Notes: generated by a model not told the origin, from the sequence alone. 47,074 bases of DNA from an uncultured archaeon (GCA_964534625.1 CAZHRF010000021.1:1-47074), one strand, 5' to 3'. Positions 1-10,237 are shown, counted from the first letter of the stretch. Program-made: numbers and translations.

Positions 1-78
1 CCCACCCAAAGATATTGTGCTCAAAAGTGTAACCGATCTTAGTTGAGTTAACAGACGATATTTATTATCTTTATAAAA

Positions 79-756
79 TTAAGCTAGATGATAATGTAAA
101 TCAACGGTAAGTCCCAGTCGATTTGCTTCCCAATCGTGATCATATCCTGTTTTGCACTCACCAGTATAATAAAAATGAAGATAATCATTTTCGTAAGAGG
201 CTCCTAGTCCTACATCTATCCATATCCACTCTTCTTCGTAGTCAGAGTAATACCAATATGCATGTGCCCGAACTTCATAGAAAGTTTGGTCTGTGTAATC
301 TCCGCCTTTTATCTCTAGTTGTCCTTCATATAGTAAATCATCCTCTGATGAATCTTCATCCCATACTTGTATGGTTATTATTGTATCAATGTAAACATCA
401 TAAAAATAAACCATGAAATAGTCAGTAGGATTGCCTCCTCGATTCCACCCATCATATTCTAAGTTTACCCAGTTATCTTCTGGACCTAAAAGATTCTCTG
501 CAGTCACACTACAGGTGGAATCGCCAATTGGGGGAGAGCCATATTCTACAAGGAACCAGATATCTGCATTATCAAAAGTATCTGTATCATATTCTAACCA
601 TATCTCTTTAAGTGTAATAGTTACATCCGCTACATAAACATCTAGACCTGGATGAAGACTATTTGCCTTTGTGCTAAATTGGTTCTTTGAAAATGCTGAC
701 AATAATAGAACCAATGCTATTAATGAAATTTTCTTTGTGATTTTAATATTTATCAC
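79..756 (-). CDS. Secreted acidic protein with a C2-like Ca2+-binding motif
   Basis: Signal-peptide-like KITKKISLIALVLLLSAFS; very D/E/Y/W-rich; ITIQVWDEDSSEDDLL resembles the C2 VWDxD..DD loop. The ORF-track start (807) reads through an (AT)10 tract, so I moved the start to GTG 756 (uncertain). Confidence 0.55.
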   Translation of the reverse strand: MINIKITKKISLIALVLLLSAFSKNQFSTKANSLHPGLDVYVADVTITLKEIWLEYDTDTFDNADIWFLVEYGSPPIGDSTCSVTAENLLGPEDNWVNLEYDGWNRGGNPTDYFMVYFYDVYIDTIITIQVWDEDSSEDDLLYEGQLEIKGGDYTDQTFYEVRAHAYWYYSDYEEEWIWIDVGLGASYENDYLHFYYTGECKTGYDHDWEANRLGLTVDLHYHLA

Positions 757-770
757 CAATAATAACTTAA

Positions 771-790
771 ATATATATATATATATATAT
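771..790. repeat. (AT)10 dinucleotide microsatellite in a divergent promoter region
   Basis: atatatatatatatatatat read directly, between divergent genes. Confidence 0.9.
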
Positions 791-935
791 CGGTAAACTA
801 AACACATTAAACCATAAATTAAGTAAATATTTATTAAATTAATATAATTATGAATTATGTTATGCTGATTGTGTAATGGGACAAAGAGATAAATTAGTTT
901 TAAATATGATTATAGCCAAAATTACCTGATACATT

Positions 936-1598
936 ATGAGTGATGAGACACTAATTGACACAAATGATCCTACTATTGAGAGCATAAACATTATCAAACA
1001 ATTTGAACCAGAAAAAGACCTATTAGTGAAAAAAGAGCTAATAAAAACAACTATACTCTCCTTTTGTTTTGCTATTTTTTTAATATTGTGCTTTCTACCA
1101 TTTGCATTTGACTCGTTGAAAACCTTTTATGTTATCAGTTTAGTTATATTAGTGCTTATGGTAGTTTTTATGGGTGTTTCATGGTGGTTAATAAAATTGT
1201 ATGTAGATAGTATGAAGTTTTATCTAACAGAAAAAGAAATCATCAAAGATATTGGAATTATTACAAAAAGCAGAAAAATTGTACCGTACCGAACGATAAC
1301 TAATTTTAATCAAAAAATTGGCCCTTTTGATCGCATAATCGGAGGACCTAATTTTGGAACAATTATAATTGAAACAGCGGGCATAAGTGGTCAAACTCTA
1401 CCTGAACAAACATTGAAAGGTATAGCCGACGTATCTCAGTATATTGCAACAATCAGAGGTATAATTGGTAAAACGAAAGGACAAGCTGCTGTGGTAGCAG
1501 ATGAAGATGACGAAGTTCCATCTACTCCCAGCGAGGATGGGAAAATATTGAAAGAAATACTTAAAGTGTTAAAGGATATATCGAAAAAGATGAAATAG
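936..1598 (+). CDS. Membrane protein with bacterial-type PH domain (bPH_2/YdbS-like)
   Basis: Two TM helices, then FYLTEKEII..GIITKSRKIVPYRTITN..GPFDRIIG..GTIIIETAG, the typical bPH_2 pattern. Confidence 0.8.
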   Translation: MSDETLIDTNDPTIESINIIKQFEPEKDLLVKKELIKTTILSFCFAIFLILCFLPFAFDSLKTFYVISLVILVLMVVFMGVSWWLIKLYVDSMKFYLTEKEIIKDIGIITKSRKIVPYRTITNFNQKIGPFDRIIGGPNFGTIIIETAGISGQTLPEQTLKGIADVSQYIATIRGIIGKTKGQAAVVADEDDEVPSTPSEDGKILKEILKVLKDISKKMK

Positions 1599-1756
1599 GG
1601 TGAAGTTAGTTTTTATCTTTTTTCTATAAACTCTTTTTTGTCTTAATCCTGTAATATTTTTTTCGCTGTATGAATCACTTTTTGCATTTTCATCATTAGA
1701 ACCTATGAAATGTAAGTGACTATCAGTAAAGAGAAGAAAGGACATGAAGAAAGTGC

Positions 1757-3367
1757 CTAGTATTTTCTTGTTTGCCATTTCAATGAAATTAATCCAATAA
1801 ACATTATTGATAGACTAATACATGTTATAGACGTAAAAAATGTGCTCTCTGTTTCTTCATCTCCCTTTTCATCCGTATAAAGTTCAGTTAAAGGGTATAA
1901 ATCTTTTGAAACTGCTTTGCCATTTATTGCATATATCCCATCACCACTCCAGTCAGACCAATAATTGCCTAGTTGCAAGGTTTCATTATACCATACATTA
2001 TCGTTTCCATCATCATAGCCTTGAGATCTTTCTGCCTTGTTATCAATGATATTATTAAAGTAAATAGTAGTATTATTACCTGATTCAATGTATATAGCAT
2101 AATCCGTATTATTTGCAATTAAATTGGCATAAATCTTGTTTAAATCGGAATCAACTAACCCAATGCCATCAAAATTATATGTTATTCTATTATGAGTGAA
2201 GGTATTAGCATTAGAATAAGCTAAAGCGACCCCGAATTTTTTATTCTGTGTTATGTGATTGTTTATAACCGTATTTCCATTTGCATATGCAAAAGCTATT
2301 CCATGTTCTTCGCTCTCGGCTATAGTATTGTTGATAATCATATTTAAATTTGAATAGGCAAGAGCTATTTTAGCGGATGGAAATAGATCAGAAAAAGGTA
2401 AGAAGGGATTGCAATGAGAAATAAACATCTTAGTAGGATAGTAGTTTGTCTGTGTTGCTGTATTATTAATTATGTTATTATTACTAGAATACACTATGAG
2501 TATCTCGTACCTGTTTCTTCTTGCCGTATTATTAACAACTGTATTGAAAAAAGAACCATGTAAATAAATACCATTGCGCTGACTATCTGTAACAAAATTG
2601 TTAACAACAGTGGAAGAATAAGCATTGAATAACCGTATCCCTCTCTCATTATCTGTTACTAGATTATTGGCGACAGTAGATGAATTGGAATTCCATGCAT
2701 GTATGCCATGTTGATAATTTTGTGATACTGTGTTAGAATTAATCATATTAGAAATTGAAAGAAAAGAAAATATACCCACTTCACAATTTGATACTATATT
2801 ATTAGCTACAACAGAAAAATTTGAACGGTATAAATAAATCCCAGCATAACTATTGTTCATAATTGTATTATTCGAAACAAAAGAAGAATTAGATTTGTAA
2901 ATGTAAATGCCATTTTTGTTATTGATAATAATGTTGTCAGTTATTAATGCTGTACCTAAAGCGATAGAACTAACGTGGATACCGATATGATCTCCAGAGC
3001 TTCTTGTTTGAACATAACAATTAGTAATATGAAAATAGACGGTGGTGTTACTAATTGATATAGCTCTTTGAAAAGAGGTGGTAATATTATAACGCTCTAT
3101 TTTATATGGATTTAATTCAGTTCCAGTACCACTAAACCCATAATCAGTAAAGTTATCATTATGAGTAATTATGATTGGAGCATGGTTAATTAATGATAGT
3201 GAGAAGGCAGTAATAGAATAAGAAGCGTTTTTCTTCCCAAAGTCTTTATTTTTTTTCCAACCGTCGTTATGATCTAAGGGATTTGTTATCGTTCTATTAT
3301 TAATAGGTTGTAGGGCTATGTAAGCGCATATCGTGAGAAGAATTATAACTGCCGTTGTGACTTTCAT
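1757..3367 (-). CDS. Cell-surface right-handed beta-helix (NosD/CASH repeat) protein
   Basis: N-terminal signal, many GIYLxxSxxxxVxNNxI repeats, GNYWSD..DLYPL terminal motif, C-terminal TM anchor. Confidence 0.85.
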   Translation of the reverse strand: MKVTTAVIILLTICAYIALQPINNRTITNPLDHNDGWKKNKDFGKKNASYSITAFSLSLINHAPIIITHNDNFTDYGFSGTGTELNPYKIERYNITTSFQRAISISNTTVYFHITNCYVQTRSSGDHIGIHVSSIALGTALITDNIIINNKNGIYIYKSNSSFVSNNTIMNNSYAGIYLYRSNFSVVANNIVSNCEVGIFSFLSISNMINSNTVSQNYQHGIHAWNSNSSTVANNLVTDNERGIRLFNAYSSTVVNNFVTDSQRNGIYLHGSFFNTVVNNTARRNRYEILIVYSSNNNIINNTATQTNYYPTKMFISHCNPFLPFSDLFPSAKIALAYSNLNMIINNTIAESEEHGIAFAYANGNTVINNHITQNKKFGVALAYSNANTFTHNRITYNFDGIGLVDSDLNKIYANLIANNTDYAIYIESGNNTTIYFNNIIDNKAERSQGYDDGNDNVWYNETLQLGNYWSDWSGDGIYAINGKAVSKDLYPLTELYTDEKGDEETESTFFTSITCISLSIMFIGLISLKWQTRKY

Positions 3368-3477
3368 TACACGTATTTACTCAAAAGTTGTATTAAATGT
3401 TATTGAATTATTCAAAAATATCAATATAATCATAGCATTTTAAAGTGTTATAAATTAAATTGCGTAAGTTGGTAGCT

Positions 3478-4119
3478 ATGTTGGAAGAAGAAAAATTTTC
3501 AGTATGGTCACATGTGTTTGGAGCTTTCAGTAGTTTCTTTGGTTTAATTGCGCTTATTATCAATTATTGGCAGAATGTTACAGCAGTAATCTTATCGTTC
3601 ATTTATGGATTGTCTGCAATTTTTATTTTTAGCGCAAGTTCTGTTTGTCATAAGAACAAACATAAAGAAAATGAGGCAAATATATGGCGAAAGATTGATC
3701 ATATCGCTATCTTTTTTATGATAGCTGGATCTTATACTCCCTTTGCTTATGTTTTTTTCAAAGGATACTTAAGATGGCTTATAATAGGGCTGCAGTGGGG
3801 ACTAGTGGTTATAGGCGGTATTCTTAAATTGTTTTTCATAGACATACCCAAATGGGCACATGCTCTAATCTATCTGCTTATGGGATGGATGATTGTTTTT
3901 CCTATTAAACAACTTATTGCGATAGCGCCAACAGATATTTTTTCCTTGATAGTTCTTGGAGGTATTGTCTATTCAGTTGGAACTGTCTTTTATTCTTCAA
4001 AAAGAGATACACTTTTTTCAGCTAAAATACGTACTCATGATATTTTCCATGTTTGCATACTTGTTGCTGCTTTGTTACATTATATAGGGATATTTAGATC
4101 ATTGGCATTAATAATTTAA
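3478..4119 (+). CDS. Hemolysin III / PAQR family membrane protein
   Basis: EE..SVWSH, SSVCH, DHIAIFFMIAGSYTP, HDIFHVCIL..LH motifs; about 7 TM. Start placed at ATG 3478 (TTG 3460 possible). Confidence 0.9.
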   Translation: MLEEEKFSVWSHVFGAFSSFFGLIALIINYWQNVTAVILSFIYGLSAIFIFSASSVCHKNKHKENEANIWRKIDHIAIFFMIAGSYTPFAYVFFKGYLRWLIIGLQWGLVVIGGILKLFFIDIPKWAHALIYLLMGWMIVFPIKQLIAIAPTDIFSLIVLGGIVYSVGTVFYSSKRDTLFSAKIRTHDIFHVCILVAALLHYIGIFRSLALII

Positions 4120-4194
4120 GTTTTTTAAGTTGCAATCTGTTCACATAGAAGTATTTTTCAACAAGTGAATGGAAAAACTATCGTTAATCAAGGA

Positions 4195-5508
4195 TTAGAG
4201 GTAATCATCATCACCCTCATCAGCAGTTACGTCTGTTGAACCATTCTCCTTGTACTTTTTACTATTTGTATCATTATTTTTCAAAAACTTCTGAACAAGA
4301 AGTGGTATTAAGATAGCAACAGGATACCCTAACATCATAATTGGGAATGTCCATTTTCCTAGTAGTGGAAATATAATTGCTCCCACATTTGTTCCACCTG
4401 ATCTAGCTAGTCTTCTTCCGGCAGAAACTAACCCTGAGCTTCTCCCTCTGAATTCTGGTGGCAACCAAGAATAGAAGAAACTATTCCATGCAGGTCTACT
4501 CATATTTGCTGCTGATCCACGAAGTACATGGAAGGTTACTACTACAGGTAAAGCGTTTCCTAAAGCTATTCCTAGAGCTAATAAAGGTACAATGAAGTAA
4601 AGGAATCCCAAGGTTTTTTCGTTCCCCACTCTCTTTGACATTGGAACAATAGAGAGATTACCAAAAGCTATACCTAGGTTAAAAATAGCGCTGATTATCG
4701 CCCACGTCATATCAGAAACTGCAAAATAATCTATGATGTAAAAACGCAGAAAAGGTATAGCAACTCCACTTGTAAAGCCAAGTATCAGTTGACAGAGTAA
4801 GAATGCCCCAAGTTGTAAACCTATGGATTTCTTTTCTTTATCCTTCTCAAAGGTCGACCATTCTTCATCTGTCTTTAGTTTTCTCACTTCTTCTTTGTCC
4901 ATGATTGGTATGGGGAATTTAAAGGAAAAAAGAAATGTTAGAAAAAGTAAAACAGTAATAATAATCATCAAGGCCAAATAAGCTTCTTGTCTTATTCTAA
5001 ATTTAGTATAAACTGTTAAAAATATTCCTCCAATTAAAGGAGCCAGTACGCCACCAATATTCCTGAAAAATTCTAGGAGACTAAAACTTTGAATTTTCTT
5101 ATCTTTGGAGTGTGAGATGTCCGCTAATAGGGTATTTAGAGACATTTCGGTCAATGATCCTGCCAGTCCGAAAAAAGCATACGTTCCTATCATCCATATT
5201 TTCAATTCGGAAATAGTAGAAAAATAAAAACCAGCCATAGATAAAACAGATAGACCTATTCCTGCTATCAAGGTATTTCTCCGTTTTCTTATATCTGTGA
5301 TGTAGCCTAAAAAGAACACTGTAGCAGTAGAGGCATACCCTGCAACACTATAGATTAAACCATACCATAATTCATTCCATCCCATATAGATTAGCATTAG
5401 AGGGAGCATATAACTCAATAAACGGCTGGTAAAATCTACCATTATTCTGAAGAATATAATCGATTTAAGGTGTTCTTTATCTTTACTTTCAATTTTGAAT
5501 AAGTCCAT
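4195..5508 (-). CDS. MFS transporter
   Basis: About 12 TM; motif-A-like GYITDIRKRR and SKRVGNEK; PPEFRGRSSG. Confidence 0.85.
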   Translation of the reverse strand: MDLFKIESKDKEHLKSIIFFRIMVDFTSRLLSYMLPLMLIYMGWNELWYGLIYSVAGYASTATVFFLGYITDIRKRRNTLIAGIGLSVLSMAGFYFSTISELKIWMIGTYAFFGLAGSLTEMSLNTLLADISHSKDKKIQSFSLLEFFRNIGGVLAPLIGGIFLTVYTKFRIRQEAYLALMIIITVLLFLTFLFSFKFPIPIMDKEEVRKLKTDEEWSTFEKDKEKKSIGLQLGAFLLCQLILGFTSGVAIPFLRFYIIDYFAVSDMTWAIISAIFNLGIAFGNLSIVPMSKRVGNEKTLGFLYFIVPLLALGIALGNALPVVVTFHVLRGSAANMSRPAWNSFFYSWLPPEFRGRSSGLVSAGRRLARSGGTNVGAIIFPLLGKWTFPIMMLGYPVAILIPLLVQKFLKNNDTNSKKYKENGSTDVTADEGDDDYL

Positions 5509-5878
5509 CTGGTTTAAACGATTTTATTCGATTAAAAAATATTTTGAAAGGTTGGATGAAATCAATAAATTCTTACCTTATAATAAAGGAGTACTTTACA
5601 TTAATTGATGCTAGTATTATTTGTTGATGGTGAGAATGTACGCTTTTCACCCCTAGGGGTCAGTTGAAGGGAGAACTGTTGGTGGTATGTGTCATAAAAC
5701 GTGAGTTTTGTTTATTCTTGCTTATTATCCGTACATAACCGTGTCTCGGTTTCATTCCTAGTCTAATCTAAGTAGAGGATGAAACACTTACATAATCTAC
5801 GTGTATAATTGATTTCAAGTTTGTTAATCCGCAAGATAAAATTGCTGAGTCTGTATAGAAACATGTTTATATAGATAA

Positions 5879-6250
5879 ATTCAAATTATTTATCAAAATG
5901 CAGATTATCCTGCACATACTAAAAATAGTGGAAAATGGTTAATTTTCTGCCCTATAGAAAAAGTCGATGATATATGGTCTAAAATTAAACAAGCAGTGGA
6001 TGAGGAAAAACTCGGGAGCAGAGCAAAAGTTTCTACAGCGAAAAACCCCCCATTAGCTGTCAATTCGAACACAAAAGTAATTTGTGTCTATACTTATGAC
6101 TGGAAAGATAAAAATGATGTTATGAGAATAAGAAAAGAGCTAAGAGAGATAGGTATTGATTGGAAGATTCCTTATAAATCAGACGAAGATACTAGAAAGG
6201 GGAAGTATCAAAAGTATGGCAATAAAAGAATAAGTAAGTACTATGAATAA
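5879..6250 (+). pseudogene. N-terminally truncated DUF1917 (eIF4E-like fold, Bles03-like) gene
   Basis: The open frame from 5879 (after TAA 5876-5878) encodes SGKWLIF..VDDIWSKIK..AKVST..VICVYTYDW..YKSD. The conserved GKW motif lies upstream of the only canonical start (GTG 5996). Confidence 0.65.
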
Positions 6251-6293
6251 TTAACTCAACAAAACTGATTTGTTAATATGGGTCTAAAATTCT

Positions 6294-8036
6294 CTAGGAT
6301 TTAGAAAGATCAGATTTTGGAAATAGTTTAATTGCATTTATGTAATTTTGTTTTCCCTTATAATAAACTTTCAAGGTTTTCATATTGATTCTAGTTGGAT
6401 TAAAGCCAAGAGTGTTTAGAAGGTTTTTAACTTGGTAAAGTATGTCAATATTTTCAAATTGTAAAAAAAACCTTAAGGTTGTCCATCCACTTTTCTTATC
6501 TTGTGTTTTCCTTTTACATCTCGAATGTAAAGTAAAAAAGTTATTCTTATACAATTCTTGAATTTGTTTAAAAACATCACTAGGTTCATTATCTTTTGTT
6601 GAATCTAATTCAGGAAAGTATTCTTGACTATAAAGTGTTTTTAATAAGATATTTTTTACAGCTTTTACGTCATCGATATTATACGCGCGGAATTTTTCCT
6701 CTAAATCATTAGATAATCCTTCTTCTTTCTTTATTTCCCATTGTGTTCCTACCGTAAAGCCATCAACATCCTCAGAAGTATATTGAAATCCTAAATAACT
6801 ACTGACTGTTTTAAGATCATAACTTGATATGGGTAGGATAAAATAATCCCTAAATATTTCTCCAAAGTCAATTTCTAGAACTTTATGTAAGATTTCTTTT
6901 TGTTTATTCGTACTGCAATCTCTTAATACATTAAAGTCAAAAAATTTGCCAGACCAGCAACCAAGCACAATCCGTCCTTTTAAGCACACTTCTTTTTCTA
7001 ACCACTTAAAAAAGCTTTTTAACATTGCCTTCGTTTTTTCTAACGTACTCGCATACCACTGTTTATATTCTCCATTGGGACTTAAAATTGCAATCGCCCA
7101 AATATTTTTTCTGTCAATTGTAGTTTCAATATCTATAATATAAGTAAAATCTGGGTGAGGATAGTTAATCGTTCTTCTTCTTTGTATAATTTGTTTTTCA
7201 AGCATGGATTTTGCTTTGAGTATACTATTTTTTGCCCCCACCTTACTAAAACCAGGCAAAGAGGATATTTCTTTTATTGAAGCTTGAGAAAACTGTTCAA
7301 CGTCTTTAAAACCTGCTTCTTTTAAGATTTTAGCTTTTTTGTAACCTAAACCATGAACTTGTTCAAAGGGATTACCGATAGTATGCCATATTATTTTGAT
7401 ATCTTCCTTTATATTGATTTCAGCAATAAAAGCTTCAGATCCTATTGTATCATGACAAGCTACATTTACTACCTTTGTATCCCTATATATTATGTACTTT
7501 TTTCCTTGAATATGACAATGACCACAAATAACTAATTTTACTCGTTCGTCAATATCTAAATAATCTTTTAAAGCCTTATATCCCAAATTTTCTGCGCCAT
7601 ATCGACAAGATAGATCTAAGAGGTCTTTTGGAGGTACATGTGTTAAAATTATTATTTTTTGATTTTTATCGATTTTATTGCTATTTTCACTTAAGATGCT
7701 TCTTACTTTCTCTTCCTTTTGTATTCTTGCAATACCTAAAATGCTAAACCGATGATCAATCCTAATAATTCTATCATGTAGATTCTGAACATCAGAGGAA
7801 GAAAACAAAGTATCATCAATTGGATCATCATTTCCCATAGTTATATAACAGCCGTTTTTAGAATATTCAGCAAATGCTTGAAAATAATTTTTAGACAAAG
7901 TGTTTTTCTCACAAAATCTATATGTTGCATCACCACCATATACTATTACATCAATTTCTTTCTCAAATTCTTCTAGCCAATAAAAGAGCTCGCTAACAGG
8001 TTGCACATGCCAATCTGAAAAAGCTATTATCCGCAT
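6294..8036 (-). CDS. Metallophosphoesterase-HhH-RNase H-like (YprB/RNase_H_2) fusion with possible LAGLIDADG-like C-terminal domain
   Basis: Calcineurin-like motifs SDWH, GGD, GNDD, TH, GHCH; tandem HhH (VHGLGYKKA..LPGFS); DEDD-like IIDIET..FDF..DLKTV..YNIDDV. Confidence 0.75.
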   Translation of the reverse strand: MRIIAFSDWHVQPVSELFYWLEEFEKEIDVIVYGGDATYRFCEKNTLSKNYFQAFAEYSKNGCYITMGNDDPIDDTLFSSSDVQNLHDRIIRIDHRFSILGIARIQKEEKVRSILSENSNKIDKNQKIIILTHVPPKDLLDLSCRYGAENLGYKALKDYLDIDERVKLVICGHCHIQGKKYIIYRDTKVVNVACHDTIGSEAFIAEINIKEDIKIIWHTIGNPFEQVHGLGYKKAKILKEAGFKDVEQFSQASIKEISSLPGFSKVGAKNSILKAKSMLEKQIIQRRRTINYPHPDFTYIIDIETTIDRKNIWAIAILSPNGEYKQWYASTLEKTKAMLKSFFKWLEKEVCLKGRIVLGCWSGKFFDFNVLRDCSTNKQKEILHKVLEIDFGEIFRDYFILPISSYDLKTVSSYLGFQYTSEDVDGFTVGTQWEIKKEEGLSNDLEEKFRAYNIDDVKAVKNILLKTLYSQEYFPELDSTKDNEPSDVFKQIQELYKNNFFTLHSRCKRKTQDKKSGWTTLRFFLQFENIDILYQVKNLLNTLGFNPTRINMKTLKVYYKGKQNYINAIKLFPKSDLSKS

Positions 8037-8286
8037 ATTAACTAGCTTTAGGTTACAAATTTAAAACATTTGTGCACCTTTCTATTTCATTGCTTGAATA
8101 ATCGAAACGAGAAATTCAACATTTTTAACAAAAGAATTATTAATAATATTTTAAACACAAATGGATATCAGAATAAAAAATGAGAATCAAGATAAAGGTC
8201 AGATCCCTCAAATAACATGAAAGTTCACGAATAAAATAACTTGGTAAATTATTAATCTAAAAAATATTACAGATAACGTAACCAAA

Positions 8287-9687
8287 TTATGGTTCATAAT
8301 TGCTTTCTTGATGCAATAGATATCGTTTATAGTTTAGTTCAGATTTCTCAATAAAATCATTTAGAGAGATTTTTTCTTCTAATAGATCCTGAATAGCTAA
8401 AAGCATATTTTCACAGTATGTTGCAGTTGTGCTTACATTAATACCGAATTTTTTCTCAAATATCTTTTGGGATTTAAAAATATAATTTTGAGCTAATTGT
8501 AAGCATTCATATTCTAGCTTCTTCTTTTTTTCAAAGAATTTCAAAGATTCTTGATTTTTTCTTATTTCAGGGTCAATTATTTTGACAATTATTTTTCCAC
8601 AATTACATAAACCAATTGTAATTAATAGAACCCCTATGGGATCTTGTTGAATAAGAATATCCCCAATGTACTCTCTTTGATTTCTATTTAAATTTATATT
8701 GTGTCTTTTATGATGATCCTGACATTTTTTTATTTTGTAAGACTTAGCATCTATAATGAAAATGGGATAGGATAGGTTAATATTGAAACCAGTATCTTCT
8801 TTTGGAATTGCTAGATAATCTAGACACCATTCAAAAGCAGTTGTTCTTCGATGAATTAACTGTTCTAATTTTTCCTCTGGTAGTATTTCACTTAGGCCAC
8901 CTATTCGTGTTATTTGTGATAAGATGAAATCTAAAGCATAATACATTTTAAGCATGTCTTCTTCAAAATATTTTGTATCTTGAATAACACTTTCAATATC
9001 TACAAAGGTTCTCCATCCTAATTCTAATCTTTTTACAATATCTTCATAGATGGTTTCATCTATCTCGTAGACAATGTTTAACTCCCTTTCAAATTTTTGA
9101 TTTGGTTTAAGAAATCCTTGGTTAACGAGCAAAGTACTGTTTTCGGAAGTTGAATTTATTTTTGCTATTTGATTTATTGATATCTCTTTTGTTTCAATAT
9201 ATTCTGAACATCTATTACAAAACCACTTAGAACCTTCCTCATGAAAAATTAATGGCTCCCTGCAGTTAGAACATAATACTCGTAAATAGGTTGGTAGAGC
9301 AGTAAAATTATTCATCACGTTATGTATATTTTCTTTCTTTACTTCTTGATATTTTCTTATAGTTATAAAACTTAATTGAGACAAATAGTAAAAACTACAC
9401 AAAGACAGAATTTTTTTAGATTGAATTCGGATCATGTTACTACTAAGTATTTTTAAACCATCAAATATATTGAATCTTTCCTCAAGAATCCTTTTTCCTA
9501 TTCTTTCCCCCAAAATTGATAGATACCTACTTTGCTGATGTCGCTCATTTAAATTTTGCATCTTTGCAAAAGGATTATTCTCATCTGAATCTCTAAAATC
9601 TTTTATGTCTTCAAATTGAGTGTGATCATACTCCTTTTTCCATAGCACAGTCTTATAATCAAATTTGTAAGGAAACATGTTGTTCAC
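8287..9687 (-). CDS. Hypothetical protein, probable PD-(D/E)XK nuclease with Zn ribbon
   Basis: CSNC..CNRC Zn ribbon; LGERIG helix; LDYLAI...IFIIDAKS catalytic-like motif. Confidence 0.5.
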   Translation of the reverse strand: MNNMFPYKFDYKTVLWKKEYDHTQFEDIKDFRDSDENNPFAKMQNLNERHQQSRYLSILGERIGKRILEERFNIFDGLKILSSNMIRIQSKKILSLCSFYYLSQLSFITIRKYQEVKKENIHNVMNNFTALPTYLRVLCSNCREPLIFHEEGSKWFCNRCSEYIETKEISINQIAKINSTSENSTLLVNQGFLKPNQKFERELNIVYEIDETIYEDIVKRLELGWRTFVDIESVIQDTKYFEEDMLKMYYALDFILSQITRIGGLSEILPEEKLEQLIHRRTTAFEWCLDYLAIPKEDTGFNINLSYPIFIIDAKSYKIKKCQDHHKRHNINLNRNQREYIGDILIQQDPIGVLLITIGLCNCGKIIVKIIDPEIRKNQESLKFFEKKKKLEYECLQLAQNYIFKSQKIFEKKFGINVSTTATYCENMLLAIQDLLEEKISLNDFIEKSELNYKRYLLHQESNYEP

Positions 9688-9887
9688 TTCTTCGTAATTA
9701 ATTCATAGATCTTTCCAATAATTGTTTCCAATACTACCTTATCTATTTGTTTTCCTAATTGGACATTAGCTGGCCATTTCAAGTAAAATAATACGCGATT
9801 TCCTAAACGTACTGAAATCTTATTGTCTTTCAATAGATAAATATGATATGTATTATTATCAATTGGAAAGCTAATTATTTTTTCCAT
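9684..9887 (-). CDS. Small hypothetical protein coupled to the downstream nuclease-like gene
   Basis: 67 aa ORF with ATG start; 4-bp GTGA stop/start overlap with 8287..9687. Confidence 0.6.
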   Translation of the reverse strand: MEKIISFPIDNNTYHIYLLKDNKISVRLGNRVLFYLKWPANVQLGKQIDKVVLETIIGKIYELITKK

Positions 9888-10237
9888 AATATAATTTAGA
9901 ATTTATTTGTTTTTAATGTATGTATTGAAATATTTTAGATATTCAAGGATAAAAGTTACACCACCTCGATTATTTTAATTAGAAATCATTACCTAGTATT
10001 CTTCCAATAACGATTACAAAGACTATCACTTATTATTCCCATCTTCGCTTTATAGTAACTTTTATACACTCCTAGATAGTTTGTTTTTTTCCATGTTCCA
10101 TTTTTGATTCACCTTTCTAGTTTAAAAAATAGCCATGGAAGGGTCTAAATTGCCCAATTTTTTGTAGTTTATAATAAATAAAAAGAGATTAGAAAATAAA
10201 TATTTCTCTGTCAGAACTTAAGATATTGTTTAGAACG

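Noticed and set aside
123-637. Short + strand ORFs 123..416 and 431..637, and similar antisense or nested ORFs throughout (e.g. 1840, 6946, 13935, 27538, 32298, 38409, 40550, 45423)
   Set aside because: They are shadows of longer, motif-bearing genes on the opposite strand or in another frame, with no recognisable motifs.
5640-5700. Possible SRP RNA, riboswitch or group II intron fragment
   Set aside because: No convincing SRP helix-8, fluoride-riboswitch or intron domain V consensus; kept only as an unexplained structured region.
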